Origin: Polyangiales bacterium
Lineage (GTDB): Bacteria > Myxococcota_A > Polyangia > Polyangiales > Polyangiaceae
Direction of reading: 5' to 3'
NCBI GenBank assembly: GCA_038231275.1
Contig: JBBRLQ010000006.1
Coordinates: forward strand, 128,001-192,000
DNA length: 64,000 bases
In this document: positions 37,552-47,866 of the stretch, in pieces
Numbering within the stretch: the first letter of the stretch is position 1
Layout: every line of letters begins with the position of its first letter
Position numbers and translations under genes: made by a program
The notes under the pieces: generated by a model
Told to the model about the DNA's origin: nothing
Database searches by the model: none
Seen by the model: the letters and a program-made list of their open reading frames with translations, nothing else

Positions 37552-39342
37552 ATGCGCCGCGCGCGTTCGCCCCTCTCGCTCATCGCCCTCGCGTTCGCCT
37601 TCGCGGACATCGCGTGCGGGCCGGCGTCCCATGACGTCAACGTCCCGAAGCCCGCGACGCCGGACACCGCCGCGTCGGAGAAGGCGCACCCACCTGTCGT
37701 CGTCACGATCGTCGTCGATCAGCTGGCGGCGTGGATCGTCGACGAACGCATCGGCGAGCTGCCCCCGACCGGCGGCTTCGCGCGCCTCGTCCGCGAAGGC
37801 ACCCGCGTCCGCGAGATCCGCTACGCGCACGCCGCGACGGACACCGCGCCCGGCCACGCCGCGCTCTACAGCGGCGAGACGCCGCGCGAGAACGGCATCT
37901 ACGGCAACGAGTGGATCGACGAGCCCACCGGCAAACGCGTCAGCGTCATGCTGGATCCGAAGGTCGAGATCGTGAACGCCGACGGCGTCGTCGCGGGCGC
38001 GCGCGCGGCTTCAGCGGCGAAGGTGGGCGCGACGAACCTCGCGACGCTCCTCCGCGCCGCGAAGCCCGACGCCTACATCGTGAGCGTGTCGCTGAAGGAT
38101 CGCGGCGCGATCTTCGGCGGCGGGAGGTCTCCGAACGCGGCCGTTTGGTACGACACCGGGCGCGGTCAATGGATCACGTCGACCGCGTTCGCGCGCGACC
38201 TGCCGGGCTGGGCGCGCGCGCGTCCTCCACTCGCGACGCTGCCCAACACGTGGACCCTCGCCGATCCGGCGTGGGTGAAGGCGCACGCGCTGACGCCCGA
38301 CGAGCAGAACGGCGAGGGCGATCTCGGCGGGCTCGGCACGACGTTCCCCCACCCGCTGAAGACCGCGCGCGATCCGAAGAACGCTTTCCGCGCGACGCCA
38401 ATGGCGAACGACGCAGTTCTCGATCTGGCGCTGGCGTCGCTCGATGCCACCGGCGCGAAGGGACGCCCGACGCTCCTCGCGATCTCGCTCTCTGCGAACG
38501 ACTACGTGGGCCACACGTTCGGGCCCGACTCGTGGGAGGCGTGGGACGAGCTCCATCGCCTCGACGCGTCGCTCGCGCGCTTCTTCGCCGCGCTCGACGC
38601 ACGCTTCGGCCCGAACGGGTGGGCCGCGGTGCTCTCGGCCGATCACGGCGTCACGCGCATGCCCGAGGCCTTGCAAGGCTGCGCCGCCGGCATGTCGCAG
38701 GATCACTGGCAGCGCGCGTGCGACGCTGGCGTTCGCATCCTCCCCGATCCCCTCGCCGGCGAGCTCGACGCCGACGCCGTGAAGGCCATCGGTCCGGGTC
38801 ACTGGGTCGCGGGCGTCGCCGATCCTTACGTCTTCATCACCGCCGCGGCGCAGCGTCTCGACGACGCAAAGCGCCGCGCCCTCGACGACGCCCTTCGCCG
38901 CGCCTTGCTCGCGCGACCGGGAATTCGATCCGTGTACATTGCACGCGACGTCGCCCGCCAGACGTGCCCGCCCGACGCCGACGAATCCGAAGCGGCGCTC
39001 GTCTGCCGCTCCATTCCTGCGGGTCCTGCGGGCGACAAGGCCGGAGAGGTCGGCGAGCTCTACATGCTGACCGCCCCCGGCGCCTTCTTCGATGCAAGCG
39101 TCGTCGTCGGAAAGGGCACGAGCCACGGATCGCCGTACCTCTTCGATCGCGCCGTGCCGCTCTTCGCGCGCGCGCCGGGGCGGGTCGCCGCGGGCGTGCT
39201 CGTCGCGGGCCCGATCGGCTTCGGCGCCTTCGCGCACACCGCCGCGTCGCTCCTCGGGATCGCCGCGCCCCGCGCCGCCGAGCGCGCGCCGAACCTCGCG
39301 GACGTGACGTTTCGCCCGTCGACCGCGGGGAGGACAAGGTAG
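37552..39342 (+). CDS. Alkaline phosphatase superfamily lipoprotein (PafA/PhoK-like)
   Basis: VVDQ, TAPGHA (Thr nucleophile), SLKDR, DYVGH, ADHG, HGSPY. Confidence 0.9.
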   Translation: MRRARSPLSLIALAFAFADIACGPASHDVNVPKPATPDTAASEKAHPPVVVTIVVDQLAAWIVDERIGELPPTGGFARLVREGTRVREIRYAHAATDTAPGHAALYSGETPRENGIYGNEWIDEPTGKRVSVMLDPKVEIVNADGVVAGARAASAAKVGATNLATLLRAAKPDAYIVSVSLKDRGAIFGGGRSPNAAVWYDTGRGQWITSTAFARDLPGWARARPPLATLPNTWTLADPAWVKAHALTPDEQNGEGDLGGLGTTFPHPLKTARDPKNAFRATPMANDAVLDLALASLDATGAKGRPTLLAISLSANDYVGHTFGPDSWEAWDELHRLDASLARFFAALDARFGPNGWAAVLSADHGVTRMPEALQGCAAGMSQDHWQRACDAGVRILPDPLAGELDADAVKAIGPGHWVAGVADPYVFITAAAQRLDDAKRRALDDALRRALLARPGIRSVYIARDVARQTCPPDADESEAALVCRSIPAGPAGDKAGEVGELYMLTAPGAFFDASVVVGKGTSHGSPYLFDRAVPLFARAPGRVAAGVLVAGPIGFGAFAHTAASLLGIAAPRAAERAPNLADVTFRPSTAGRTR

Positions 39343-39354
39343 GGTGGTCGACGA

Positions 39355-40545
39355 ATGGACGAGGGTGACAGCCCCGTAGAGGAGGAGCTTGATCTCTCCG
39401 GCACGCTCGTCGGCGGAAAGTACCGCGTCGACCAGCTCGTCGGCTCCGGCGGCATGGGCACCGTGTGGTCGGGCATGCACGAGGTCCTCCGCACGCGCGT
39501 CGCGATCAAGTTCATTCGCCCGATGTTCGCCGAGCGCGAGGAGGCGCGCCGTCGCTTCGAGATCGAGGCGCGCGCCGCCGCCAACGTGCAGAGCAAGCAC
39601 GCCGTGCAGGTGTACGACTACGGCGTCGAGGACCACGGCCTGCCGTACATCGTGATGGAGTTCCTCGAGGGCGAGTCGCTCTCCGACACGCTCATTCGCC
39701 GCGGCCCGCTCCCCGCGCAGGAGGCCGCGAAGATCATCGGCCAAGCGTCGCGCGCCCTACAAAAAGCGCACGACGCGGGCATCGTCCACCGCGATCTCAA
39801 GCCCGACAACATCTTCCTCGCGACGAACGTCGAGGACGCGGGCAGCGATCTTCCGTACACGGTGAAGCTCGTCGATTTCGGCATCGCCAAGCTCCTTCAC
39901 GAGCCGGCGGGAATGGGGGCAGGGCAGTTCGGCGGCCCCACACAAGCCGGCGCGGTCATCGGCACGCCCAATTTCATGAGCCCCGAGCAGCTCACGATCG
40001 GCGGCGCGCCCGGCGCCCTGACGGATCTCTGGTCCCTCGGCGCGTGCACCTTCAGCGCGATGACGGCGCGCATCCCGTTCGAGGGCGAGGTGCTCGGCGA
40101 CATCGTCCTCAAGGTCTGCGTCGCGCCGATGCCCGTGCCGTCACAGTGGAACCCCGATGCCCCCGAGGGCTTCGACGCGTGGTTCGCGCGCGCGTGCAAT
40201 CGCGATCCCGCGAAGCGCTTCCAAACGGCCACCGAGCTCGCAGAGACGCTCGCGGCGGTGTGCGGCATCGGGCGCCTGCATGTCGCGACGCACGACGAGG
40301 ATCGCGTGCAGTACGTCCTCAAGGCGAACCCGAGCATGGCGGACATCGAGCTGCCCGACGACATGCCGACCGGCACGATGTCCTCGAAGACCGCGCTCCT
40401 CGCGGGGCTCTTGCTCGGCGTCACGCTCGTTGTCGGCGTGATCACGTTCCTCGCGTGGCAGGGTCGCGCACAAGTGGACGACACGCCGCCGGTGCCCGTC
40501 GCGGTCGACGCCGGACCACGCGCCGCGCCCTCCGCCAAGCGTTGA
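39355..40545 (+). CDS. Ser/Thr protein kinase
   Basis: GSGGMG, VAIK, HRDLKPDN, DFG, GTPNFMSPEQ; TM. Confidence 0.95.
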   Translation: MDEGDSPVEEELDLSGTLVGGKYRVDQLVGSGGMGTVWSGMHEVLRTRVAIKFIRPMFAEREEARRRFEIEARAAANVQSKHAVQVYDYGVEDHGLPYIVMEFLEGESLSDTLIRRGPLPAQEAAKIIGQASRALQKAHDAGIVHRDLKPDNIFLATNVEDAGSDLPYTVKLVDFGIAKLLHEPAGMGAGQFGGPTQAGAVIGTPNFMSPEQLTIGGAPGALTDLWSLGACTFSAMTARIPFEGEVLGDIVLKVCVAPMPVPSQWNPDAPEGFDAWFARACNRDPAKRFQTATELAETLAAVCGIGRLHVATHDEDRVQYVLKANPSMADIELPDDMPTGTMSSKTALLAGLLLGVTLVVGVITFLAWQGRAQVDDTPPVPVAVDAGPRAAPSAKR

Positions 40546-40610
40546 GGTCTCACGCGTCCCGCGCGTCCGCGAGAGCTCCGCTGGGCCACGCGGCGCCCAT
40601 GATCCTCGTG

Positions 40611-40682
40611 TCATAGATATGATATCATTCGATTTTTATCGATCGCGATTGGGTGGCGATCCCGCCATTTAATATTAACCTT
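40611..40682. promoter_or_regulatory. AT-rich regulatory region with dyads upstream of the globin
   Basis: CATAGATATG and perfect palindrome ATGATATCAT; markedly AT-rich against the genome. Confidence 0.5.
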
Positions 40683-40754
40683 CTGACGGGCTCGTACTAT
40701 CCTCGAGCGCTCACAAGGGTCTTGATTGCTTCGAACGATTCAAGGAGGCGAGGA

Positions 40755-41525
40755 ATGAACTTCACGAGGGCGCGCGCAAGAGCGCTTATTGGTATTCTCG
40801 GCTTTGCGGCCACGGCGGCGTTTGCAGCCTGCGGCGGCGATGACACGAGCCCGGTTACTGGCGGCGACGCCGGCAAGGACACTGGCTCGAGCGGCACCAG
40901 CGGCTCCAGCGGTTCCAGCGGTAGCAGCGGCTCCAGCGGCTCCAGCGGCAGCAGCGGCAGCAGCGGCTCCAGCGGCAGCAGCGGCTCCAGCGGCGACAGC
41001 GGAGCCACGACGCTCTACGATCGCCTCGGCGGTCACACGGGCATCAAGAGCATTCTGACGGACACCGTCGGCAAGCTCCTCCAGGACCCGCACCAGAAGA
41101 CGTACTTCGTCCTCAACGCGCCTCCGCAGGGCCTGCACCCGTCGGGTGCGGACATCATCGACTGCTTCACCGCGCTCGCCGACTCCGCGATCCCGGGCGG
41201 TCCGGGCACCCCGTACCCGCCGGCGAAGCTCGCCAGCGGCTACACCTGCCGCGACCTCGTCGAGGTTCACCACGGCACGCTGGCCGACGGCGGCACCACC
41301 CGCGCGGACGACGTGAACTACCACATCCCGAACGGAATCTTCAACGACTTCATCGGGATCGCTGCGGCCACGGCCGCCGGCGCACCGCACAACATCAAGC
41401 CCGCCGACGTCCAGGCCCTCGGCGCGCTTCTCGGCGCGACCAAGGCTGCCGTCGTCGATCCGAGCCAGCCGGACGCCGGCGACTTCGACGCCTCGGACTA
41501 CCTCGACGCCGCGTCGGACGGCTGA
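40755..41525 (+). CDS. Lipoprotein truncated hemoglobin (group I, 2/2 globin)
   Basis: Lipobox FAAC; (SGS)n linker; TLYDRLGG, GGP..Y, RDL..VH proximal His, F..F. Confidence 0.75.
   Translation: MNFTRARARALIGILGFAATAAFAACGGDDTSPVTGGDAGKDTGSSGTSGSSGSSGSSGSSGSSGSSGSSGSSGSSGSSGDSGATTLYDRLGGHTGIKSILTDTVGKLLQDPHQKTYFVLNAPPQGLHPSGADIIDCFTALADSAIPGGPGTPYPPAKLASGYTCRDLVEVHHGTLADGGTTRADDVNYHIPNGIFNDFIGIAAATAAGAPHNIKPADVQALGALLGATKAAVVDPSQPDAGDFDASDYLDAASDG
40887..40995 (+). repeat. 9-bp tandem repeat encoding (SGS)n linker
   Basis: About 12 AGCGGCTCC/AGCGGCAGC units. Confidence 0.9.
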
Positions 41526-41552
41526 TCGAAGGACCAAGGAAAGAGCAGTTCG

Positions 41553-42251
41553 ATGACCGTCGGGCAAGCAGTAATCGCCCCGAACAAGATCTACCGTACG
41601 GCGCGCGCGATCGGACTGATCGCGCTCGCCGGTACGGCGGTCGTCGGGCTCTTGCATACGAAGGCCGGGAAACCCCTCCTCGCAAAAATGGGGGGGTGTC
41701 CTGCCGGCTTCGCTACGCGTGATGACATGGACCACGTGCGAAAGTACGCGGCCACGTTGACGCCTCCCACGGGAGGCCAAGCTCCGGCGCGACCGGCGCT
41801 CGGGTTCGTGCTCGACGCGACCACCGAGGACGAGTTCGCGGCCTGGACCAAGAAGAACAAGCTCAATTGCGAGGACAACTCGCGGCTCGGGCAGGTGACC
41901 TGCACCGGAGTTCCGTCGCCCGTCGTCGGTGAGCCCGACGCGTCGCCGATCGACGATCTCACCGTCGAGTTCAACCCGGCGCACAAGATCGTAAACATCC
42001 TCATCCTTCGCCACGGCCTCGTGAGCAGCGGTGCGGTCTCGATGTTCGACGCCCGCGTCGCGCAGCTCGAGAAGGAGCTCGGTCGCGCCCCGAACCGTCT
42101 GGTGCCCACGGGCCCTGCGTACTTCGACGAGGCGCCGATGACCTCCGCGGTGGTCGAGTTCAAGTACAAGGACTACCAGTGCGAGATCTCCGCGACGACG
42201 ATGATGGACAAGACCGTCACGATGCGGGAGCACTACTACTCCACGCTTTGA
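41553..42251 (+). CDS. Hypothetical exported protein
   Basis: N-terminal hydrophobic segment; GGCP; high GC3. Confidence 0.75.
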   Translation: MTVGQAVIAPNKIYRTARAIGLIALAGTAVVGLLHTKAGKPLLAKMGGCPAGFATRDDMDHVRKYAATLTPPTGGQAPARPALGFVLDATTEDEFAAWTKKNKLNCEDNSRLGQVTCTGVPSPVVGEPDASPIDDLTVEFNPAHKIVNILILRHGLVSSGAVSMFDARVAQLEKELGRAPNRLVPTGPAYFDEAPMTSAVVEFKYKDYQCEISATTMMDKTVTMREHYYSTL

Positions 42252-42297
42252 CCTGAATTGTGCTCAACCCCGCGGCGCGGCGACCGTTTTACGTCGT

Positions 42298-44103
42298 GTG
42301 GTGCAGGGGAGCGACGACGAGCTGGTGGGGCGAACGATCGCCGGCAAGTACGAGCTTCGTACGTGCGTGGGCAGCGGTGCGATGGGCGCGGTCTACCTCG
42401 CACACCAGCTCGCGCTCGACAAGCCGATCGCGCTGAAGATCCTGCGCCGTGATCTCGAGGACGACGCGGTCTTCGCGGCGCGCTTCTACGTCGAGGCAAA
42501 GGCGGCGTCGAAGCTCGACCACCCGAACTCGACGCACGTGCTCGACTTCGGACGTGAGCCGGACGGGTTGATGTACATCGCCATGGAGTACCTCGAGGGG
42601 CGGGCGCTCTTCGATGTCCTCAAGGACGAGTGGCCGATCGCGCCGGCGCGCGCCGTCGACATCATGATGCAGGCGCTCGCGGCGATCGCGGTCGCGCACG
42701 ACATCGGCGTGCTCCATCGGGATCTGAAGCCCGAGAACATCATGATCCTGCCGAACGTGAACGACGAAGGACGCCTCTGCGATCTCGTGAAGGTCTGCGA
42801 CTTCGGCATCGCGAAGCTGAGCGGCGCGCCACCTGCCCTCACGCCCGCCGCGGGCATGCCGAAGATCGCGGGCGGAGGCACGGGGCGTCGCCTCACCGAA
42901 ATCGGATCCATCATGGGGACGCCGGCGTACATGTCGCCCGAGCAAGCGAAGGGCGAGACGGTCGACGCACGCAGCGATCTCTATTCGCTCGGCGTCATCC
43001 TCTACGAGCTCCTGACCGGGCAGACGCCGTTCGAAGACGAGATCCCCGCCAAGCTCGCGTACAAGCACGTCACCGAGACGCCGCGGTCGCCGTCGGACCT
43101 GGACCCGAGCATCGCGCGTGAGCTCGCCGCGGTGTGCCTGAGGGCGCTCGAGAAGGATCCGCGGGATCGCTTCGTCAACGCGCGAGACATGCGGTCGGAG
43201 CTGCGGGCGGCGCTCGCGAGCGCGCAGAAGCGCACGAGCAGCGCCGAGTTCACGATGACCAGCGCCTCGCTCGGAGCGCCGACACGCGCGACGGGCTCGA
43301 GCGCGCCGACGATGTCCATCTCCCCGGCGGTCAGCGCGCCGATCGCGTCGCCGATGCGTCGCGCGGCGCGATGGCTCGCGGGACCGGTCGCCGTGGCCGT
43401 CTTCGCGCTGCTTGGCGCGTCTGCGCTCCCAAAGACTCCGCCACGCGCGGTCCCGGTCCCCATCGCGAGGGCAACCCCGACGCAAGTGGCCGAGGTAGTG
43501 CACGCCCTCGCCGCGCCGTCACCGGTCGCCTCTCCGCCAAACACGCCGGTCACGACCCCCATCGCCGCCGCGACGACGTCGAAGCCGACGAAAGCACGCC
43601 CCGCCGCAACGGCGATCCTCGCGGCCCGTGTCGACCCCGACGTCACGACCGCCACTCCGACGCCGACGCCGACCCCGACCCTGACCCCGAACCCGACTCC
43701 GACTCCGACTCCGACTCCGACTCTGACTCCGACCCCGACTCCGACTCCGATCCCGACTCCGGTTCGTGCTCTCCCCGCGTTCGATCCCTCGCACGCACGC
43801 GTGGCGATCGCTGGCGTCTCCACCGAGCGGCTCAGCCCGAGGGACGTGAGCGCGCTCCTCGCGCGGGCGGATCTCAAGCGGTGTTACGTCGCGTCCGTCG
43901 CGCGTGGCGAGCCCGAGGCCCCCGGCGCAGTGACGCTCACGCTCGACGCCGACGATTTTCGCGTGGAGCGCGCTCGAGCAAGCGGGGCCGCGAGCTCGCC
44001 GTCCCTACGGAGTTGTGTCGAGCAGGCCCTCCTCGGAGGGCGAGTCCCCAGCGCCGACACGGGCAACGCGTCGGCACGGATCGACTTGCAGTTCAGCCCG
44101 TGA
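42298..44103 (+). CDS. Ser/Thr protein kinase with PT linker and AgmX/PglI (TonB-C-like) C-terminal domain
   Basis: HRDLKPEN, DFG, GTPAYMSPEQ; TM; LKRCY...G.VTLTL...LRSCV. Confidence 0.9.
   Translation: MVQGSDDELVGRTIAGKYELRTCVGSGAMGAVYLAHQLALDKPIALKILRRDLEDDAVFAARFYVEAKAASKLDHPNSTHVLDFGREPDGLMYIAMEYLEGRALFDVLKDEWPIAPARAVDIMMQALAAIAVAHDIGVLHRDLKPENIMILPNVNDEGRLCDLVKVCDFGIAKLSGAPPALTPAAGMPKIAGGGTGRRLTEIGSIMGTPAYMSPEQAKGETVDARSDLYSLGVILYELLTGQTPFEDEIPAKLAYKHVTETPRSPSDLDPSIARELAAVCLRALEKDPRDRFVNARDMRSELRAALASAQKRTSSAEFTMTSASLGAPTRATGSSAPTMSISPAVSAPIASPMRRAARWLAGPVAVAVFALLGASALPKTPPRAVPVPIARATPTQVAEVVHALAAPSPVASPPNTPVTTPIAAATTSKPTKARPAATAILAARVDPDVTTATPTPTPTPTLTPNPTPTPTPTPTLTPTPTPTPIPTPVRALPAFDPSHARVAIAGVSTERLSPRDVSALLARADLKRCYVASVARGEPEAPGAVTLTLDADDFRVERARASGAASSPSLRSCVEQALLGGRVPSADTGNASARIDLQFSP
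43652..43761 (+). repeat. (CCGACN)n hexamer tract encoding (PT)n
   Basis: About 18 units. Confidence 0.9.
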
Positions 44104-44134
44104 AGGCGAACCGCGAGAACGGGAAAGCGCGGCG

Positions 44135-44395
44135 CTACGCGGCGTGGCGGCGGCGGAGCTGCACACGCATCAGATCGAAGCTCGGAGCGTCGAGGCCTCG
44201 CGCGCGGCGGAGCAAGAAGAGGGCGTGATGGATCTCCATCTCGTCCGGAATGCTCGTCGAGCCCTCCATGCGGATTCGATCACGCGCGAGGTTGTCCGCG
44301 GCGGTGAGCTCGTCACCCTCCGCAGCGTCGAGGTAGGCGAGCGCCTCCTCGAGTGAAACCGTCGCCAAGCTCCTGAGCACGGGATATCTCGCCAT
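44135..44395 (-). CDS. Small hypothetical protein
   Basis: RBS GAGGTG; MARYPVLRSL...RRRHAA. Confidence 0.7.
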   Translation of the reverse strand: MARYPVLRSLATVSLEEALAYLDAAEGDELTAADNLARDRIRMEGSTSIPDEMEIHHALFLLRRARGLDAPSFDLMRVQLRRRHAA

Positions 44396-45043
44396 CCAGT
44401 CACCTCGCTCGTGAGTCACGAAACAGGATGAAATCTTCGCTGCAACAAGTCGTCCAGACGCCCCATCGAGGGCGACGCCCTTCGTCGGCGTGGCCAGGTT
44501 GACGACGCGCTCCTGCGCGCGCGAGCGCAGCCCCAGCGCGAGCGGGCGCAATTTCTGGAAGAGCGCCTCCACGTAGTAGTCGAGCTGCACGACGGGCGCC
44601 GCCGCCAGGACCGCGGGGCGACCGACATGAAGCCTGACGAGCCCCGTCAATCGGCTGACGCGGGCGGCGCGCAAGAGCTCGGCGCCGCAGAGGCGAAGCG
44701 GGGACTGCGTTCGAGCACGGGTGCGGGTCGGCAACCCCGTCAACAATCGCCGGTTGATGAACTTGGGAGGCCCGAGGGGTACTGCGCGGCCTCTTGCCGC
44801 TCCCTCCACGCTGCGTCGCCCACCCTTTGCTGCGCCCCGTTCACTCTCGGCTTCCGCCATTACCCCTCGCCGCTTCTTCAAATTTGCGGGAAATTTGGCG
44901 AACTCGAAGATTATCCGACACTTTCCTCGAGCTTCACTTCGATAAACGTAGCGCGCAAGGGACAGCGCTCCAACTTTTTTGTTGCGGATAGGTGGGACAG
45001 GACCGCACGTGCATGCGCGCGAGCACGGCTATAGTGCGAGGTC

Positions 45044-45670
45044 TTGAAGGCGCGCGCGAAGCGAACGGGGAGCCCGAAGCGAGCGGGACCGGACAAAGAG
45101 GCCACGCGGGACGCGTTGATCGCCGCGGGGATGGAGCTATTCGCGAGGGACGGCCTCGACGGCCCCAGCCTCGACGACATCTGCGCGCACGCCGGCTTCA
45201 CGCGCGGCGCGTTCTACGTGCACTTCGAGGACCGCGACGATTTCCTGGTCGCGGTGATGGATCGCGTCGGCACGAGGATCGTGGACGAGCTCTTGGTCGC
45301 GGGCGGCGCCGACGGGATCCTCGGCGCGGCGCAGCGTTTCATCGAGGCGAGCGCGTCGGGGAAGTACCCGCTCATGCCGGCGGGCGGGATCCGGCCGCAT
45401 CAGCTCCTCGACGCGTGCGCGCGCTCACGCCCACTCCGCGAACGCTACCTCGGCCTCGTGGACATGAGCACGGCGCGCGTCCGCGAGCTCCTCGCGCAGG
45501 GTCAGAAGGACGGCCTCGTGCGCGAAGATCTCTCGTCGGAGAACGCGGCGATGATGGTGATGGCCGCGGTCGTCGGCGTGCAGACGCTCGCCGATCTCGG
45601 CGTCCCGATCTCGCTCGGCACTCTGGCCGCCGACGTGCTGCGCCTGCTCGCGCCGCCGCTCAAAGCCTGA
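45044..45670 (+). CDS. TetR/AcrR family regulator
   Basis: SLDDICAHAGFTRGAFYVHF HTH; TATAGT -10 just upstream. Confidence 0.92.
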   Translation: MKARAKRTGSPKRAGPDKEATRDALIAAGMELFARDGLDGPSLDDICAHAGFTRGAFYVHFEDRDDFLVAVMDRVGTRIVDELLVAGGADGILGAAQRFIEASASGKYPLMPAGGIRPHQLLDACARSRPLRERYLGLVDMSTARVRELLAQGQKDGLVREDLSSENAAMMVMAAVVGVQTLADLGVPISLGTLAADVLRLLAPPLKA

Positions 45671-45724
45671 AGGACGAAAGCGGCTCGCTCAGGAGGCGTT
45701 TCGCTCCGCTGCGCTTCGCTCCAC

Positions 45725-47356
45725 TCAGGGAGGCGCGGTCTCGAGCCATCGCAGCATCGCGCTGCCGGCGTGCTGCGCGTAGTCGATGCGGAGCTGCCAG
45801 TCGACCTCGCTGCCCGGCATCGCTCCGGCCACCGCCTGCGGATCGGCGAAGAGGTGCGCGGCGCCCGGACGAAGCTGCTGACGAACCAGGAGCGCGAGCG
45901 AGCTGCGGAGCTGGCGATCGAGCGCGGCGAGCTCCGCCTCCGAGCCGTGCGCGAGGGCCAGCGCGTGCCGTGTCGCGACGCCGGCCTCGCACCGACTCGC
46001 GACCGGCGTGAGGCGCGGCGTGACGATCGGCCCGACGCCGAAGGCCCCCGCCGCGTCGAACGGCGTCTCGCCCGGCCCGTACTGCATCCGTCGCCCGTAG
46101 GCGTGCCAGCGAACGCAGAAGTCGAGCGCCGACGGATCGGGCGCGCGCTCCCATAGATCGTCCATGACCTGACAAGTCCAGTGCTCTTCGCCGAAGTAGT
46201 AGCGCGACCCGAAGAAGCTCCACGCCGGGCCGACGAGGTACGAGAGCGCGCGCGACGACGCCGTGAGATCCGCCGCGTCGTGCGTGACGAGGTGCGCGCG
46301 CGACAAGGCGAGCGCTGCTTCGCCGGAAAAATAGAGGTATTGCACGTCGACCGCGTGGCGCGCGCTGCGGTCGTAAAGGTGACGCAGCTCGCCGTCGGGG
46401 CGCTGCTGCGAGCGGAGGAAACGCGCAAGCTCGGCGACGTTCTGCGAGAACGACGGGTCGAGTCCGGTCCGCACCAGCTCGACGAACGCGATGAGGGCGA
46501 GCGACGCGGAGCCGATTTCGACCTGATCGTCGTCGCCCACGCAGCGCTCGTCGCCGCACGTTACCATCGCCTTGTCGCGCAGGAGCCACGCCGCGCGGAG
46601 GGCCGCGATGCCGAGCTCCGGCTCACCCGACGCGTGCGCGGCCTGCGTGAGGAAGTACGTCGCGCCGGCGTGGCGAGGCCAATCGTAGCCGCCGAGGTCC
46701 TTGTTCTTCGGCGCGTCGACGAAGTAACGGAAGTGTCCGTCGACGTTCTGGCCGCGCGCCAGATAGCGTGCCGCCGCGATCGCCGCCTCCTTGACCATCG
46801 CCGGCGTGAGCGCGTCCGCCGTGACGCCTTCGTGCGGCGGCGGCTCCGCATCCACGATGCGCTCGGTCCGGATTCGTGTCAGCTCTGCTCGCGCGCGCAG
46901 CTCGGGGACCGACGCCCCGAGGCGCTCGGCGAGGAGCCCGATCACGTCGTCGACGCGCACGCCGACGGTGAGCCCCAAATCGGCGATCGACGCGCCATGG
47001 TCGTACGACTGGCGCGCGAGCAGATCGTCCGGCGTCACGTAGGCGGTGCGACCGTCGAGCGTCGCGCGAACGCCATCGCGGCCCGGGACCAGCGAAATCG
47101 CGAACGCGATGTCCGGCGCGGAGAGGATGGACCCTTCGCGCACGATCGTCTCGCGAACGACGGTGCCCGCGGTCGCGAGCGGCAACGGGTCGGGCGTGGC
47201 CGAGCGCGCGACGAGGACACCGTCCTTCCACACGCTCGTGATCGTGACCTCCGATGCCGGCGGTCGTCCACGCGCGCTCGCGTGGACGAGCACGCATGCG
47301 ACCGCAAGGAAGGCCGTGTAGACGGTGAGGACGATCGCGAGCGCGCGCGGTGTCAT
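45725..47356 (-). CDS. Membrane-anchored (alpha/alpha)-barrel protein of unknown function
   Basis: Q..DGHFRY, YDWPRHAG, QQRPDG, YFSGEA, EHW, RIDYAQHA. Confidence 0.7.
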   Translation of the reverse strand: MTPRALAIVLTVYTAFLAVACVLVHASARGRPPASEVTITSVWKDGVLVARSATPDPLPLATAGTVVRETIVREGSILSAPDIAFAISLVPGRDGVRATLDGRTAYVTPDDLLARQSYDHGASIADLGLTVGVRVDDVIGLLAERLGASVPELRARAELTRIRTERIVDAEPPPHEGVTADALTPAMVKEAAIAAARYLARGQNVDGHFRYFVDAPKNKDLGGYDWPRHAGATYFLTQAAHASGEPELGIAALRAAWLLRDKAMVTCGDERCVGDDDQVEIGSASLALIAFVELVRTGLDPSFSQNVAELARFLRSQQRPDGELRHLYDRSARHAVDVQYLYFSGEAALALSRAHLVTHDAADLTASSRALSYLVGPAWSFFGSRYYFGEEHWTCQVMDDLWERAPDPSALDFCVRWHAYGRRMQYGPGETPFDAAGAFGVGPIVTPRLTPVASRCEAGVATRHALALAHGSEAELAALDRQLRSSLALLVRQQLRPGAAHLFADPQAVAGAMPGSEVDWQLRIDYAQHAGSAMLRWLETAPP

Positions 47357-47769
47357 GGTCGGCCAGGCCGACCTGCGCGCCCCGGCCACCCCAGCCAGAG
47401 GAGCTGCGTCGCGGGCAGCGCGACGAGGTAGGGCAGCCCCAGCGCGGCGACGAGGACGAGGATGACCGCGCCGCCCTTTCCTACCGGGCCATAGATGCCG
47501 GCGAGGTAGCTCGCGGTGATCGCGAGCGTGGCGACGAGCGCGAGGCCCAGCGCGAGGACGATCACCGAGGTCGCACGCGCGACGCGCGGCGCCCAAGCCC
47601 GGCCGAGCATGAGCCCAACCCCCGAGACGGTGAGCAGGAGGATGACCACCGCGGCGCACCCATCGATCGCCCCCGCGCGCGCAGGCAACCCGCGGAACAC
47701 GCCGATCGCGACGAGACACGCCGCCACCAGGTCCAAAAACCCGAACGCGAGACGACCCCGGACGCTCAT
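47353..47769 (-). CDS. Four-TM membrane protein
   Basis: Hydrophobic ORF; stop overlaps the next ATG. Confidence 0.7.
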   Translation of the reverse strand: MSVRGRLAFGFLDLVAACLVAIGVFRGLPARAGAIDGCAAVVILLLTVSGVGLMLGRAWAPRVARATSVIVLALGLALVATLAITASYLAGIYGPVGKGGAVILVLVAALGLPYLVALPATQLLWLGWPGRAGRPGRP

Positions 47770-47866
47770 GGGACGGGACGGTACCTCTTTCACGGCGTCT
47801 TTCCCACCGCGAGACAGGCGGCGGGCTCCACTCTCGCGACGAGACGAAGTAGCCTCGGATCGCGTC

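Noticed and set aside
44880-44990. c-di-GMP or other riboswitch
   Set aside because: The conserved motifs and stems of known riboswitches could not be matched by eye.
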